From: Zancudomyces culisetae HAW-14-8
Taxonomy: Eukaryota > Fungi > Kickxellomycota
Direction of reading: 5' to 3'
NCBI GenBank assembly: GCA_052426225.1
Contig: JBNJNM010000011.1
Coordinates: 5,084,001 to 5,148,000 of the forward strand
Length of the DNA: 64,000 nucleotides
The notes beneath the pieces are model-generated. The model made no database searches. It was not told the DNA's origin and saw only the letters and a list, made by a program, of their open reading frames with translations. Positions 31,902-43,488 of the stretch are shown here, piece by piece. Position 1 is the stretch's first letter. Every line of letters starts with the position of its first letter. A program made the translations under genes and the position numbers.

Positions 31902-34900
31902 TTATAATGTAGATGTGAAAATTATATTATTGATTCTACTAGAAATCAGATCAACATGGCTAGAATAATATGAATTTTGGTCATGGATATTGTTCTTGGC
32001 AACAGTTTTAGGGTCGCTGTGGCTTATGCTTTCCAGGATGTTATATAATAGCGCCTTGATATGTTTCGGCGACTCACCGTTCCTTAGAGCCTACAGCGCA
32101 AACAAAAGAAAAATATGGTTATCAAAAAAATAATTACTTTGTGCTAATAAAAAATTGTTACTGGATACTTGAACAAAGCTTACAATCTCAGCGCATAACG
32201 AAATCATATTAATGCTCGAATTCAAAGAAATATTCCGGTTCTGCTGAAATAGTTGTATAGCAGCGTGTCTCATCGCCATGTGCAAGTAGAAAAATGCAAG
32301 CTCTGGTCGGAAATCTACTTGGGTAGTTATTTATACAGAAGTTACACTTTACATTTAGGATAGAACCAATAAACATGCCATCCAAAGCACTGAAACATAT
32401 TGTTAGCACTAAGACAGAAATATTACCTTTGAAATACCGCGAATATACCAAGTAGAGATCAGTGAACAAATACTCCAAGTGATAGCCAATAATCAAAAAC
32501 TTGAGTTCATGAAGCTCCTCAAAAACTCTGTGATCGTAGTTGACACCATCACCTTTTTTTACAATGTTTAATGTTTTGTTTTGTTTACGGATGCAATTGT
32601 TTCTTTCGCTCTACATAATCAAAACTCAAAGTTGAAAAAATAATATAAAATAGAATAATACCCAAAAAAAAATGCAAATACTTAGTTGGTTTAATACTTA
32701 CAATCTTTAAGCTGATTGCATCCAAACGAGCCTTTACATATATATGGTGCTGGTTTTCATCAATTGCCAACCTGCAGGTGGAGTCCAACTCAGAAATTAT
32801 GTCAAATTCTTTCAGCTCAGAGCTGAGTTGATTGGGAAGCCTTTCCATGCTACTGTTAGTATGCAGAGATGCAAGCTTCGACATCAGTCTTACTCTGAAG
32901 CTATTTATATTTAAAACTCAAAGTTTGTTTGATTTTCAACAGTGAGTATCGTAGAGAGTTTATATGATCATAGGTGTCAAGATTGAAAGGATGCTATTCA
33001 AATACCTTTGTATATAAAGCAAGCACGTGTGATTATGTTGTTCGTTGGCTACATTCATCGCTTCTTTCAAACTCTAATGTGTATAAGTGAATAAGTTGCA
33101 ATGAGTTGAAGTAATGATTGGTAATATCGTTTGAACCATTTTAATACTTGCCCATAGTTTTCAATATGGATTTCAAGAAAAGTCTCGTTTACGGTGTTAA
33201 TTGTTGGTATTTTAGAATTGAAATATTGGTAATCTTACATTAAATGAGGTGATATAGAACCCAAAATTGTAATTCAAAATTGCAATATTCAGCAAGGCAA
33301 AGCAATAATGGTTCATTGTGCTGTCAAATTGTGATGCAGAAATCGGAGAATACACGGACTGGTGATTACCGTTGGAGAGTCCGCCATTAAGAAGTGGATG
33401 AAAAAGGTCTGCTCGGTTGCACGAATCGTAATTGTTGCGAAAGTAGTAGTAATTCCCGAATATGTCTACCCGTGGCGATTCGTGTGCATTGAGTAAACTG
33501 TATTGTCTATCGTTTTCATTTTCATTTTCGTTATCAGCACCATTAGAATGAAAATTTGTAGCTCCATGCAGATAGTAGTTGCTATTTGCATTTATATCCA
33601 AATTCACAGCTAATCTTGGAGCCACAGTTATCAATCTTGACGAGTCATACAGCAAATGTAGGTAATGCAACGCCTTCTCGTAATCCCGCTCATTTGCGTT
33701 ATCGAGGAACTGTCGCAAATAACCATTATTTTTGTAATGCTCACGCATATTTTCCGGTATAAAGTGCTTTGTGTTACTTTTCGAAGCTAATGAGGTTAAA
33801 GTAAAGGTATATTGTTGGCTCAAAAATAGGAAAATGATGTATAGTGAAAAATAAAAGGTGATAGCGGTTGTTTATCTTACCTGATTGCTGGTTATGAACT
33901 GGTTTGTTTGGAGTATCTATAGTCATTGTATAACCTACCGATCGTTCACAAACTTATCAGCACAATATAGTGATAGAAAATGTACTAGTTAATATAAATG
34001 CTAAATAGGCCTAAATTAGTAGATATTTTTAATATGTAACTCACGAGAGTATTCAAAGAAAAACGTAAACACACCTGCCATTGTATTTTTCAAGCGTTGA
34101 TAATCGCTCAAAAACCGTTGAAAGCACTTTGTAATGCCAAAAAAATCAAGAAGATTAAATTGTAATACTGAAATTCGGACAAATGTTCCAAATAAACTGC
34201 CCTTATCCTAATGGTTGTATGTATTTATATGTATTTATAATCGTTAAAAAAGAAGTTATATCAATTAGAACAGGACAAATTTAACTATGGCTTAAGAAAA
34301 AAAAACACTTACCAATATCAAAAAAAAGTCAGGCTGCTCCTTTTCATCAGAAAGAACAGGTCTATCTGACCCTTCTTCTTTGTCATCATCAATCTTTGGG
34401 TAGAACAGGCTATCTAGATCTATAGTTTGTTAATATTGATTAATTTCTTAGTCTTCCATGTTGCTGAAATTAAATCCGAACTTTTTATCGTATAATTCAG
34501 TATTACATTGAGAATAAAACCATATATAGTAAAATAAAAAATGTATATATGATAAAAATACATGGCACATCACTAAATAAAATACCTTTAAAGAACTGAA
34601 TGAACATATCAACACAGTCAAGTCTTTCAAGCTATATGATAATGATAGTTATAGTTATACCGTCACACAATTTTAATCAAAAGACCTCTAAATAAAATGT
34701 AGAGAAATAGAGCAAATGATAATATATACAAACAGGTCAGAAGTGGAGTAAAATTGAAATTGAAGTTCAGACTCGAACAATACTTGTCAATTGTGTACAC
34801 AAGCGATGTAAACTATTGTCTTATCTACGAAAAATTTACCTGTTCAAATATATACGTGGAAAACGATGAATGAGGCTCAAGGAGTTCAAGAAATTCGTGC

Positions 34901-35230
34901 TCATGAAACAAGATATTGCCTTGAGTAGAGCTGTCCCTCTCGATTAAATCGTCATTTCCGTGGTCGTTTTCGCCCTCACTTTTGCTCTTACACACATTCT
35001 CTAGACCGTCTGACTTGTTCTATTGTGTTACAAGAATAGTTATACGTATGGTATCATGCTAGTATTGAAAAGTGGGGAAAAATTACCGGAATGCTTACCA
35101 GGATATCAATTAGTAACAACGCCAGTTCAGTGTTAGAATCCGAAGCTTCCAGCTGTTGAGTGGCATGTGTGCAGTAGACCGTTATTGCAGACAGCACAAT
35201 AAGTGTTGAAATATCGAGTTTTTCATCCAT
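31902..35230 (-). CDS. APC5: Probable anaphase-promoting complex subunit 5, many exons, boundaries approximate
   Basis: Exon 33212-33823 has RDYEKALHYLHLLYD and YCFALLNIAILNYNFG (Apc5-like TPR segments). Multiple GT-AG-bounded coding fragments; candidate ATG at 35230. Confidence 0.55.
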
Positions 35231-35499
35231 AATAACTAAAACACTCTATACTTTCTGTTCCTTTCCTCTTTCCTCTTTCCTTTTTTCCCTCCCTCTTTTT
35301 TTCATTTTCATTCTGATTTTTTAATTGGTACTTTATTACACAAAGTTTAGTAAAGTGAGCGAAAAATATCCATCAATCATTTTGTTTGGAAATGATAGGG
35401 TATTTTTGTTTATTGATTTTAAAGTTTGGTAAAAACAAATGTAAAGCAACACTGATTTAAAGCATAAAAGAAACACTAAATAACATAAAAAATAGAAGC

Positions 35500-38400
35500 T
35501 CAGCTACAATTATATAGCGCAATTGGAACCCATCCATCACTGTCGCTATGGCAGCATATTACCCAGAATCCTCGTTCTCTAACAGTATAGGTAAGCGAAT
35601 AGGTAAAGTCTGAAACGTTATATACAAACTTAATGGGATGGTTTGATGGGCTTTTCAGAAGAATCTTGTAGTGCTGGATAGTCGAGTTTGGTGATGGTTG
35701 TTTTTTGTGCTTTGATTTCGATGAATTACTGACGCCTTTATTTCCAACCCTACTGCCATTGCCATCGCCATTGCTATCGCCACCACTACCATTAGAATTA
35801 GTATTATTACCAAGTGAGGGTGACGAAATTATTGATTCCACGGGCTTGACCACAAAGTTGACAATTTCACCTATACTAAACTTATAATTCATGGGAGATT
35901 TTATGTAAAACTCTGTGGGGAAGAAATGGTTAACTAGTGTAAATCTACCCACACTAGTTGATAGCGCCGGCTGGCTGATGCTAGAACTGCTGCCATTTGT
36001 GTTTCCGTTTCCGTTACTAATGCTATTGCTAAGAGAGGCTATGGACCCATTGTGCTCCATTGGTGATTTGGGGCGTTTTCTCATTATACCGCTGGCATTA
36101 CCAAGAGCGTTTGATGTAGCTCTAGCAGCAGCAGCAGCGCGATGGTGGAAGGGAATAATCGCCGCCAACTCATAAGTCGCAGAGTTTGGTGCACCAATAA
36201 CACGTGGCTGATATTCCAGCAGTGGATTACTGAGAGCCGAAATACCATCAGAGGTAGTTGGTGTCTTGGAATTTATCGAATCGGCTGGGGATAGCGGATA
36301 AAGACTCGAGTTGGTATCACTGTTCTGTTTGCTGGAATGTGAAGTCAAAAACGACATTGCACTCGAAGGTCTCTTAATGGTAAAATTCAATATAGATCTT
36401 TTTATGGAAGATTTGGTGCTGGAGGAGTCAGAGTTTCTGGAAGTGGGGGTCACGGAAAATGAAGATACCGAATTTGTGCGACGGTTGGGTCGTATTGATC
36501 CCTTTTGCTTGATTTGTTGCGAAGATAACAGAGTACTGTTGCGGTTGATGGAGTATGTGCCCTTGTTGTTATACAGGGTGTCGAAGGATTTCTTGTATTT
36601 TACAGATGTCTTTGTAGCTGAAGAAGAAAAAGAAAAGGGGAAAGAGGATGAAGATTGTGGCGGAGAGGACAGCGAGCTAGGATTTGCTGAATCCATTTCA
36701 AGCAACAGTTCTTTTTGCTGCGCCTTAGACAAGTGACAGGGTCGCTTACCCACGTAGATTTTGATCAGCCCATAATGTTCACTGCGAATGACACTACCAA
36801 CTAGCACTTTGGCCATGCGCTTATGGTTGATATTCATACATTGCACAAGTAGCGGGATCTTAGCCAAAAGATTGGTTTGGTTGAACGTTTTAGATGACGC
36901 ATCTGCACCATACGCTTCTAGTTCTGCGTAAAAGCCAAAGGACTCGTCCTTGCAGCACATGACTAGCGGGAAAGTCTTGTCTGCCTCAAACTGCAAAATA
37001 AACGATGATCCAATGTTCAAAAATCGCAGCTGGGAGTTGAAATACCCTGAACGTACATATGGTAGTTCCCAAAATAGGTTGTACGGAAGCACTGGCTCGA
37101 TGAACTGAAAATTAGTTGGATCAGATGGGTAGTGAGTGTAGATCAGTAGCCGCGGCGACACCAAAAAGAACCAGTCATCACGCTCGTTGCGTGGGTTGTG
37201 TGGATGCGAAATGCTGGCACAGCAACAGCATACAAATCTGTATTCACCAGAAATACATACGGCATTCCATGCGTGGTTGGGGTATTTGGGCTGGTAATTA
37301 CCTACTATCAGACTGTCGGGGTGCGGCGCTGGCTGCTTTAGATACCCATGTACCACGTAACACTCAATTCCCAACGCTATACACATACTCTCAAACAAAT
37401 ATGCCATTCCTACTCCCCGTGATCGTCGCTTGCGAAATACTGTCTCGGGCAGTTCCAGCGCATGCAAGTGCATACGGTCCTCTACCATTCCCACATCTGC
37501 ACTTGTGTCCAGCTGGATATGTGTTGTGATCCATATATACAATGCTCGCACCTGCTGCGCCACATTGTCCTTAAACGGCCGTCCCAAAATCTGCCGTGCC
37601 AACGCCTCGATCGATATCCGGCTGCTGCTATTTCCGCTATTCTGTGTATTGCTGGCCTGCCGTATCAATGTATCTACTTTGCTCCAATCACTACTTTCTA
37701 TCTGTGTCACTTTGCTCTGCGCTTTCACCACTGCTCTGGTCGCCTTGACTTCGGCAATCGCACCATTCACACTTTGTCGCACCACACTAGTTTCTTCAAA
37801 TTCGCTCCGCCTGTCCCTCATTAATACTTCTACATCTCCTGTATTTATCCCGCTGATGGTCTTTGGTATCGCTGATATTCCCTCTCCATCATCGGCCGCT
37901 GTCATCCTGATCATCTCGCTCGCATTTCCAACACCGCCACGCATCTCCATTGCTGATTGAGGTCGTGACGGTAACATTGGTCTACCCAGACTACTTCCTG
38001 CTCTTACTGGTGCTCTAGGTTCCGGAAATGCCGATCCTACCGCCATCCCTGTCACAGGTATTGGTGTTGGTACTGTCATTGTTGCTGGTACTGACATTGT
38101 TGCTGGTACTGACATTGGAGTAGACATTGGGGTTGATACTGATGACTGCACTTGCATTTGAGATGCCAAGCCATGTGCCTCTACTGAGTTGTGTTTGCCC
38201 TGATATATCATTGGTTGGCTTGGTCCTGGCATTTGCGGTGCTATTGTTCTGTTGGTACCATAACCCCTTGCCACTCTATTATTGACTGTACTCGTTCGGC
38301 TAATCCCATTGGTATTTTCATTGCCGTTAAACCTACCATACCCATCTACAACCGAACCTACCTGGCTACCTACCGCACTACCTGACCCCACTGTACCTCC

Positions 38401-41361
38401 ATTCTCACCATAATATCCCATTGCACTTGCTCGAATACTATTGTGTATTGGTCCTTGGTTACTATACATTGAATGTGGCCTGTTATTTCCTACAAACGGT
38501 CTCCTTTGTGTATACCCTACTCCGCCATTCTGAACATACCCTACCCCATTGGTATTGGTGCTATTGACTGTGTTGTTATTATACCCAGGAGGCCCAAATG
38601 AAGCTGGGGGTGCAAAGGTTGATTGTGTGTGCTGATATGGCTGTTGTAGGTGTCCTCCGTTCCCTGAAATAGGTTGCGGCTGCATAGAATGTTGTTGGAT
38701 AGTTTGGGGCTGGATAAATGGTTGGTGGATAGAATGCTGTCTAATTGGGTGAGATTGAACAGCCTGTTGCTGATATTGGTTCCGCCTTGGTGGTGGCTTT
38801 GGCAATTCCTTCCTTCTCTGGGTTTGCATTGCTGAGGATGGCTGTCCCAGATTGCTGCTATTTGCTCTTTGAATTTCGTTTTTAATAAACTCCTTTGCAC
38901 TATTCGCGTCATGTATTGCCGTTTGGCTTCCCACCTCATAAAGATAATTTGCCCCATCTCCATTTTTCTCGTGTTCCGCTACTTGAACCTTGCTTGCTCG
39001 CATCGAAAACACATTCTCTCCGTAATTTGCACCATTTGCGCCGGAAATAGTCGGAACAGCACTTCCAAAATCCACTTTTTCATCTATCTTCACATTATTT
39101 TCTATCATAGGCTTTCCTTCCTTGATAACCATGCTATTATTCCGAAGTAGTGTGGCTAAATTACTGAGCGCAGGTTGTCTTGGCCCAATTGGTCGTTTTT
39201 CTACTCTTTGTTTAACCACGATTTCGGCTGGTGCTACCTCTTCCCTTATCTGCCGTCCCTCATTTTCCGCTACTCTTATCTGATGTACAGCTACTCCAGA
39301 AGTCGTGCTCGTTTTTGGTACCAAAGTACGCATAGATTTAGAATCCAGTGCTGCACTAAACTGTGTCTCTCGCCGTTTCTCTCGAGTTGTTCTCTTTGAC
39401 TTCTGTGGGGTTTCACGTGCCTTATTCCTTTTCGCACGCGCCTGTTTCCTATTTATATTTAACTTGGTTCCAATTGACACTTCAGAATCAGTTGTAAATC
39501 CACTAAGATTGTCACTGCTTGAATGTATATCCCCGTCTTCACTTCCCGATTCTTGACTTTCTTCATCTTCGCCTATCACACCGGTTTTGTTTTCTCTCTC
39601 GTTTTCGTTTTCACCTTCGTCGCTTATACACAGACTGTAGCTTTCTTTCTGGTATCTTTCATTCAGGTTGCTTAGTGTTACATCCTGTCTCAACCCACTC
39701 TGATGCTTCTGTTTATTCCTATCCCTTTCAGCCCGAGTCCGAAGTATTCTTGTATAAAGCCCCTCAGGCTCACTTGCTCTTTCTTCACTGCCAATCTTGT
39801 TGATACTAGTACTACTATTACTGTTGCTGTGACTTTTTTTGATAACGTCACTATCACTGTCTCTGCTAGCCGTGGTGGAGGTCGTACTTAGTACTGACTT
39901 ACTTTTGGAGCCACTTTTACTGTATCGAAGGCTATTTTCTCTAATCAATTCAATTGTGCTGTTACTTAGACTAGCCAACCGCAGTTTTGGCCTTGCATTA
40001 CCCTCTATTTGTCCGACCGACCGGTTGAGCATGTCCGCTTTCAGATGTGCGCCAATAAGAGTTTTTGAACCGTTAATGTCAGCCATATTTTTTTCCAGCT
40101 CAGATTTTCCCTGTTTTGTCCCGTAAGTGCTGTCAATTTTTGCCCCTCCAGCTTCTAGTGTAGGCAGCGTCTCAGTTTTTAGCCTTGTATCGCCCTTAAG
40201 TGTTAGTATAGCCTCATCAGGCTGATCAGGCTCATCAACCTCATCTATCCTTTTGTCCGGTTGAATAGCTATCTGCTTTTCTGAAATAGTTTGGGTTTCC
40301 CCTTTTTCTTTTTTTTCAGTTTCCACAATCTCGCCAATATTCTCTTCTTCCTCGACCTCACTCATGCTATCTATATTACTTGTGCCTTTTGACTTTTCGT
40401 TGTCAGATTTAGCGATCTCTTTGTCTAGGTCTGTGTAATCCCCTAGTTCTTTATATCTCTTCACATACTCTTCAGCTGCTCGTCTAATTCCAGAGTCAAT
40501 ACTTGACTCTGTCTCTTCGCTCAAATATCCATATTTCCTGTCATTTTCGTCTGTTTCACAGTTGCTCTCTTGCTCACTTTCCTCTTCTTCTTCACTGCTA
40601 CTGGATGGAATAATTTTTTCTCTACTAACGCCATACATTTCTTGCATATATACACTCTCTTTCTTGCTTTTGGCGTCACCAACTCCTTTGTTTATTGCTT
40701 CAAGAGGCCTCGTTGAGCTTTTTTCATTATCCACCGCGTTTTCTTGCTTGGTTCCTATATATTTTCCATTTTTTGAGTACCATTCCGGATACTCTGCGTA
40801 CTTCATTTGAATTTTAACAGGCATTTTTGGAGGCATTTCCAATACCTTCTTGTTGTGCTTTTCAATATCAGCAAAATGCAACAGTTGGCTTGCAAAATCT
40901 TGAAATTCATGCATTTCTGTCTCACTTTGGTCTAAATTTTTACTCTTGATTTCCCTTTTTACTGAGCCTGTATTCGAAATTACCGTAAATGTATGCATTT
41001 TCCCCGATGCATTTTTCACTCCGCTTGAAGACACCTCATACCCATCACCGCTTCCCTCTTTTATATGAGATCCACTCCTGATCCCACCTCCACCATACAA
41101 ATCCACCCCATTGGTATAGCTATCACCATTTTCATTTTTATAATACAGTTCTCGTAGTGTTTCTTCAGAAACCTCCGTTTCTTTTACAAGGCAGCTCGGA
41201 AAAAGACCATCTTCGTTTGTCCTTATCACTCGTCCTCTCCACCAATTGCTATCCACGTCATCCAACACCTCTATTATATCACCCTTTTCAAACGGCAAAT
41301 CACCCCCCTCTCCTGTGATAAACCGATATGTTGCTTCTACAAATCTTGGCCTCTTTAACAT
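35500..41361 (-). CDS. CYK3: Cytokinesis protein Cyk3-like (N-terminal SH3, long disordered region, transglutaminase-like domain)
   Basis: SH3 (DLPFEKGDIIEVL..NWWRG..GLFPS); VRALYIWIT, LFESMC.ALGIEC.VV.GYLK, NHAWNAV, YTHYP. Confidence 0.88.
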   Translation of the reverse strand: MLKRPRFVEATYRFITGEGGDLPFEKGDIIEVLDDVDSNWWRGRVIRTNEDGLFPSCLVKETEVSEETLRELYYKNENGDSYTNGVDLYGGGGIRSGSHIKEGSGDGYEVSSSGVKNASGKMHTFTVISNTGSVKREIKSKNLDQSETEMHEFQDFASQLLHFADIEKHNKKVLEMPPKMPVKIQMKYAEYPEWYSKNGKYIGTKQENAVDNEKSSTRPLEAINKGVGDAKSKKESVYMQEMYGVSREKIIPSSSSEEEEESEQESNCETDENDRKYGYLSEETESSIDSGIRRAAEEYVKRYKELGDYTDLDKEIAKSDNEKSKGTSNIDSMSEVEEEENIGEIVETEKKEKGETQTISEKQIAIQPDKRIDEVDEPDQPDEAILTLKGDTRLKTETLPTLEAGGAKIDSTYGTKQGKSELEKNMADINGSKTLIGAHLKADMLNRSVGQIEGNARPKLRLASLSNSTIELIRENSLRYSKSGSKSKSVLSTTSTTASRDSDSDVIKKSHSNSNSSTSINKIGSEERASEPEGLYTRILRTRAERDRNKQKHQSGLRQDVTLSNLNERYQKESYSLCISDEGENENERENKTGVIGEDEESQESGSEDGDIHSSSDNLSGFTTDSEVSIGTKLNINRKQARAKRNKARETPQKSKRTTREKRRETQFSAALDSKSMRTLVPKTSTTSGVAVHQIRVAENEGRQIREEVAPAEIVVKQRVEKRPIGPRQPALSNLATLLRNNSMVIKEGKPMIENNVKIDEKVDFGSAVPTISGANGANYGENVFSMRASKVQVAEHEKNGDGANYLYEVGSQTAIHDANSAKEFIKNEIQRANSSNLGQPSSAMQTQRRKELPKPPPRRNQYQQQAVQSHPIRQHSIHQPFIQPQTIQQHSMQPQPISGNGGHLQQPYQHTQSTFAPPASFGPPGYNNNTVNSTNTNGVGYVQNGGVGYTQRRPFVGNNRPHSMYSNQGPIHNSIRASAMGYYGENGGTVGSGSAVGSQVGSVVDGYGRFNGNENTNGISRTSTVNNRVARGYGTNRTIAPQMPGPSQPMIYQGKHNSVEAHGLASQMQVQSSVSTPMSTPMSVPATMSVPATMTVPTPIPVTGMAVGSAFPEPRAPVRAGSSLGRPMLPSRPQSAMEMRGGVGNASEMIRMTAADDGEGISAIPKTISGINTGDVEVLMRDRRSEFEETSVVRQSVNGAIAEVKATRAVVKAQSKVTQIESSDWSKVDTLIRQASNTQNSGNSSSRISIEALARQILGRPFKDNVAQQVRALYIWITTHIQLDTSADVGMVEDRMHLHALELPETVFRKRRSRGVGMAYLFESMCIALGIECYVVHGYLKQPAPHPDSLIVGNYQPKYPNHAWNAVCISGEYRFVCCCCASISHPHNPRNERDDWFFLVSPRLLIYTHYPSDPTNFQFIEPVLPYNLFWELPYVRSGYFNSQLRFLNIGSSFILQFEADKTFPLVMCCKDESFGFYAELEAYGADASSKTFNQTNLLAKIPLLVQCMNINHKRMAKVLVGSVIRSEHYGLIKIYVGKRPCHLSKAQQKELLLEMDSANPSSLSSPPQSSSSFPFSFSSSATKTSVKYKKSFDTLYNNKGTYSINRNSTLLSSQQIKQKGSIRPNRRTNSVSSFSVTPTSRNSDSSSTKSSIKRSILNFTIKRPSSAMSFLTSHSSKQNSDTNSSLYPLSPADSINSKTPTTSDGISALSNPLLEYQPRVIGAPNSATYELAAIIPFHHRAAAAARATSNALGNASGIMRKRPKSPMEHNGSIASLSNSISNGNGNTNGSSSSISQPALSTSVGRFTLVNHFFPTEFYIKSPMNYKFSIGEIVNFVVKPVESIISSPSLGNNTNSNGSGGDSNGDGNGSRVGNKGVSNSSKSKHKKQPSPNSTIQHYKILLKSPSNHPIKFVYNVSDFTYSLTYTVRERGFWVICCHSDSDGWVPIALYNCS

Positions 41362-42750
41362 TTATTTAGATGCTTTAATTCTCTCTTTCCTTTTGTATTC
41401 CACGCGTGTCAAAGGCAAAATCTTTTCTTTTTATCGAGTGGGTGGTCGGATGAACAAAGTTGTTTGCTTTTGTAGCAATGCTTGAAAGTATGAATTTGAA
41501 TTGGCTTTTTTCACTAAAAGACAACTCGTTTAAAATTCTGAATCTTTTATGGCGTATCCCAAAAGGTTCCTAAATAGAGTGCAGTCTTGCAAAAAATAAA
41601 AATAAATAAAAGACAGCTTCGTCGCAGTTGTTTACGTGAGGTTCAAAGCAACAATCTTTACTTTTTTCTGTTTTTATGGCCGAGCTGTCTTGATCTTGGA
41701 TATGCCTCTAGGTTATTTTCAATGGGTCCTCGCATGTATACACTCTTATCGCTTTTTTCTACCACGAGTCTTTGATTAGATAACCTTTTTAACAATCTAA
41801 TTAGAAACAAGATATAGCATGAACTACGTCTCGTCTTGTTCTTTCTATCTTTTCTGTTAGCTCCAAGTAGTATTGACACCCTTCTACTTTTTTGTTAGTA
41901 TACTCTTTGTTGGTGGTTTGGTTTATTTATTTATTTATATTTCAGAAATATCAATATTGCTTTTTGTTTTATTATTTTCAAAGCAATGTTTTAGGTTTTC
42001 GACCATTTATCTTAACTAACCTTATTTATCGCGAAAGTAAGTTGCACGCAAGTGTATTGTCAACACAATTCAACCAAGAATTTACATAATTCACGTATAA
42101 ATAAGTATTGATTTTCGTATTATTGATATTATATAAATTTAGCCAATAAACTATTTATTTTAATAGCTTTTTGTTTACCTTAGCTTTGGTCGATTTCCCA
42201 AAACTAAATCCGAGATTTACCCAAATATTAATTGGATAATGGTGTTTTGATACTAAAGTTGGTAAAAAAAGAATTTCTTGCAGACATTTGCCATAAAGAA
42301 CTCCGCCATTAATACTTAATAGTTTTACAACTAAATCATCGTAATTAAGATTAAAACTCTACTTGGTTATTCGAGTGGTATATTTACAGAGTTGGTTTAT
42401 AGCTTTGAATAAAGCTGGGGGCTAATCAACCCAATAAAACGACCAAATGATAGTTATATCTCGGACAAACTCGACACAGTCTAGCCATCTTCATTGTATC
42501 TTTACCTTTATTTTCATATCAATATGCTTTTATGGTTTCTTGAGATTGATGAAATGTTTTTACGTTATTCTGAGTACAAATCAAATATAATTTTACCAAG
42601 ATGGTGACCATAGCGCAAATGATAGTAATTATCACTTTTTATATATTAATAATTATATGTATTTATCTATCTTTTATAAAAATGACAAGAATGTTCAATG
42701 AATTATGCTAATAAAAGCAAAAGTTCGAAAATCAACCACAAGGTTGACAA

Positions 42751-43488
42751 TTACCTACAAAAGGCTTGTGAAGAGTACTTATTGTATATTGCCACACCCA
42801 TCTTACTATAATTGCCCATCATGCTCGCCAAGTGAGGTGGTGAGTTTTTCCACAGATTAAACACAGCAGTAGGATCAGAAGTCCCCCAAGCAACGTTCTC
42901 TGCAATGCCTGAGCAATAGGTTACCCCTGATGCGGCAAATCTTTCAAAAAGACCTGGATAGTTTGAATTTGAATGTGTCATTTGCCCAATCGATGATTGA
43001 TATGTACTCTGAGCATAACCAACTTTGATTAAGTTGCCGTCAATAACCATTGGAGCCAAACCTTTGGTGGCTCGGAGGTTGTTCATTAAGTTTAGGATTG
43101 CTTGAGCAAAGTTTAGGGTGTATGGGTCCTTTTCTGGGTTGGCCAGTGTGGGTAATGTAGACCCTGTGTTTGTGGTTGACGACGACGACGACGACGACGA
43201 CGACGATGATGATGATGATGATGATGATGATGAATTTCCATTTCCACCACTGGTGGTTGTGACGGTTCTGGTTCGAAGAACTGTGCTGGTGGTTGTAAGT
43301 GTCATATAGCTGATTCTATAATCCGTGATCGTTCTTGTAATCGGTATTGTGTTCGTCACATTTATGGTATTGAAGACGTTTACCGTCCTTGTAACAAAAA
43401 CAGTTTGCGTGGCTTGACCTTGCACGTAGATTGCTTGAATACATAAAATAACCATAAGGTTTATTAGGGTGCTTATCGTGCTACTCAT
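42751..43488 (-). CDS. Secreted CAP/SCP-domain protein with Thr-rich and poly-Ser N-terminal region
   Basis: Signal peptide; NNLRATKGLAPM, MTHS, AENVAWG, WKNSPPH, KMGVA. Confidence 0.88.
   Translation of the reverse strand: MSSTISTLINLMVILCIQAIYVQGQATQTVFVTRTVNVFNTINVTNTIPITRTITDYRISYMTLTTTSTVLRTRTVTTTSGGNGNSSSSSSSSSSSSSSSSSSSTTNTGSTLPTLANPEKDPYTLNFAQAILNLMNNLRATKGLAPMVIDGNLIKVGYAQSTYQSSIGQMTHSNSNYPGLFERFAASGVTYCSGIAENVAWGTSDPTAVFNLWKNSPPHLASMMGNYSKMGVAIYNKYSSQAFCR
43178..43231. repeat. Compound microsatellite (GAC)9(GAT)9 encoding poly-Ser on the minus strand
   Basis: Read directly from the sequence. Confidence 0.95.

Noticed and set aside
38060-38135. Short tandem repeats (MSTP/MSVPAT) in CYK3
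   Set aside because: Low-complexity coding repeats in a disordered region, not an array or mobile element.
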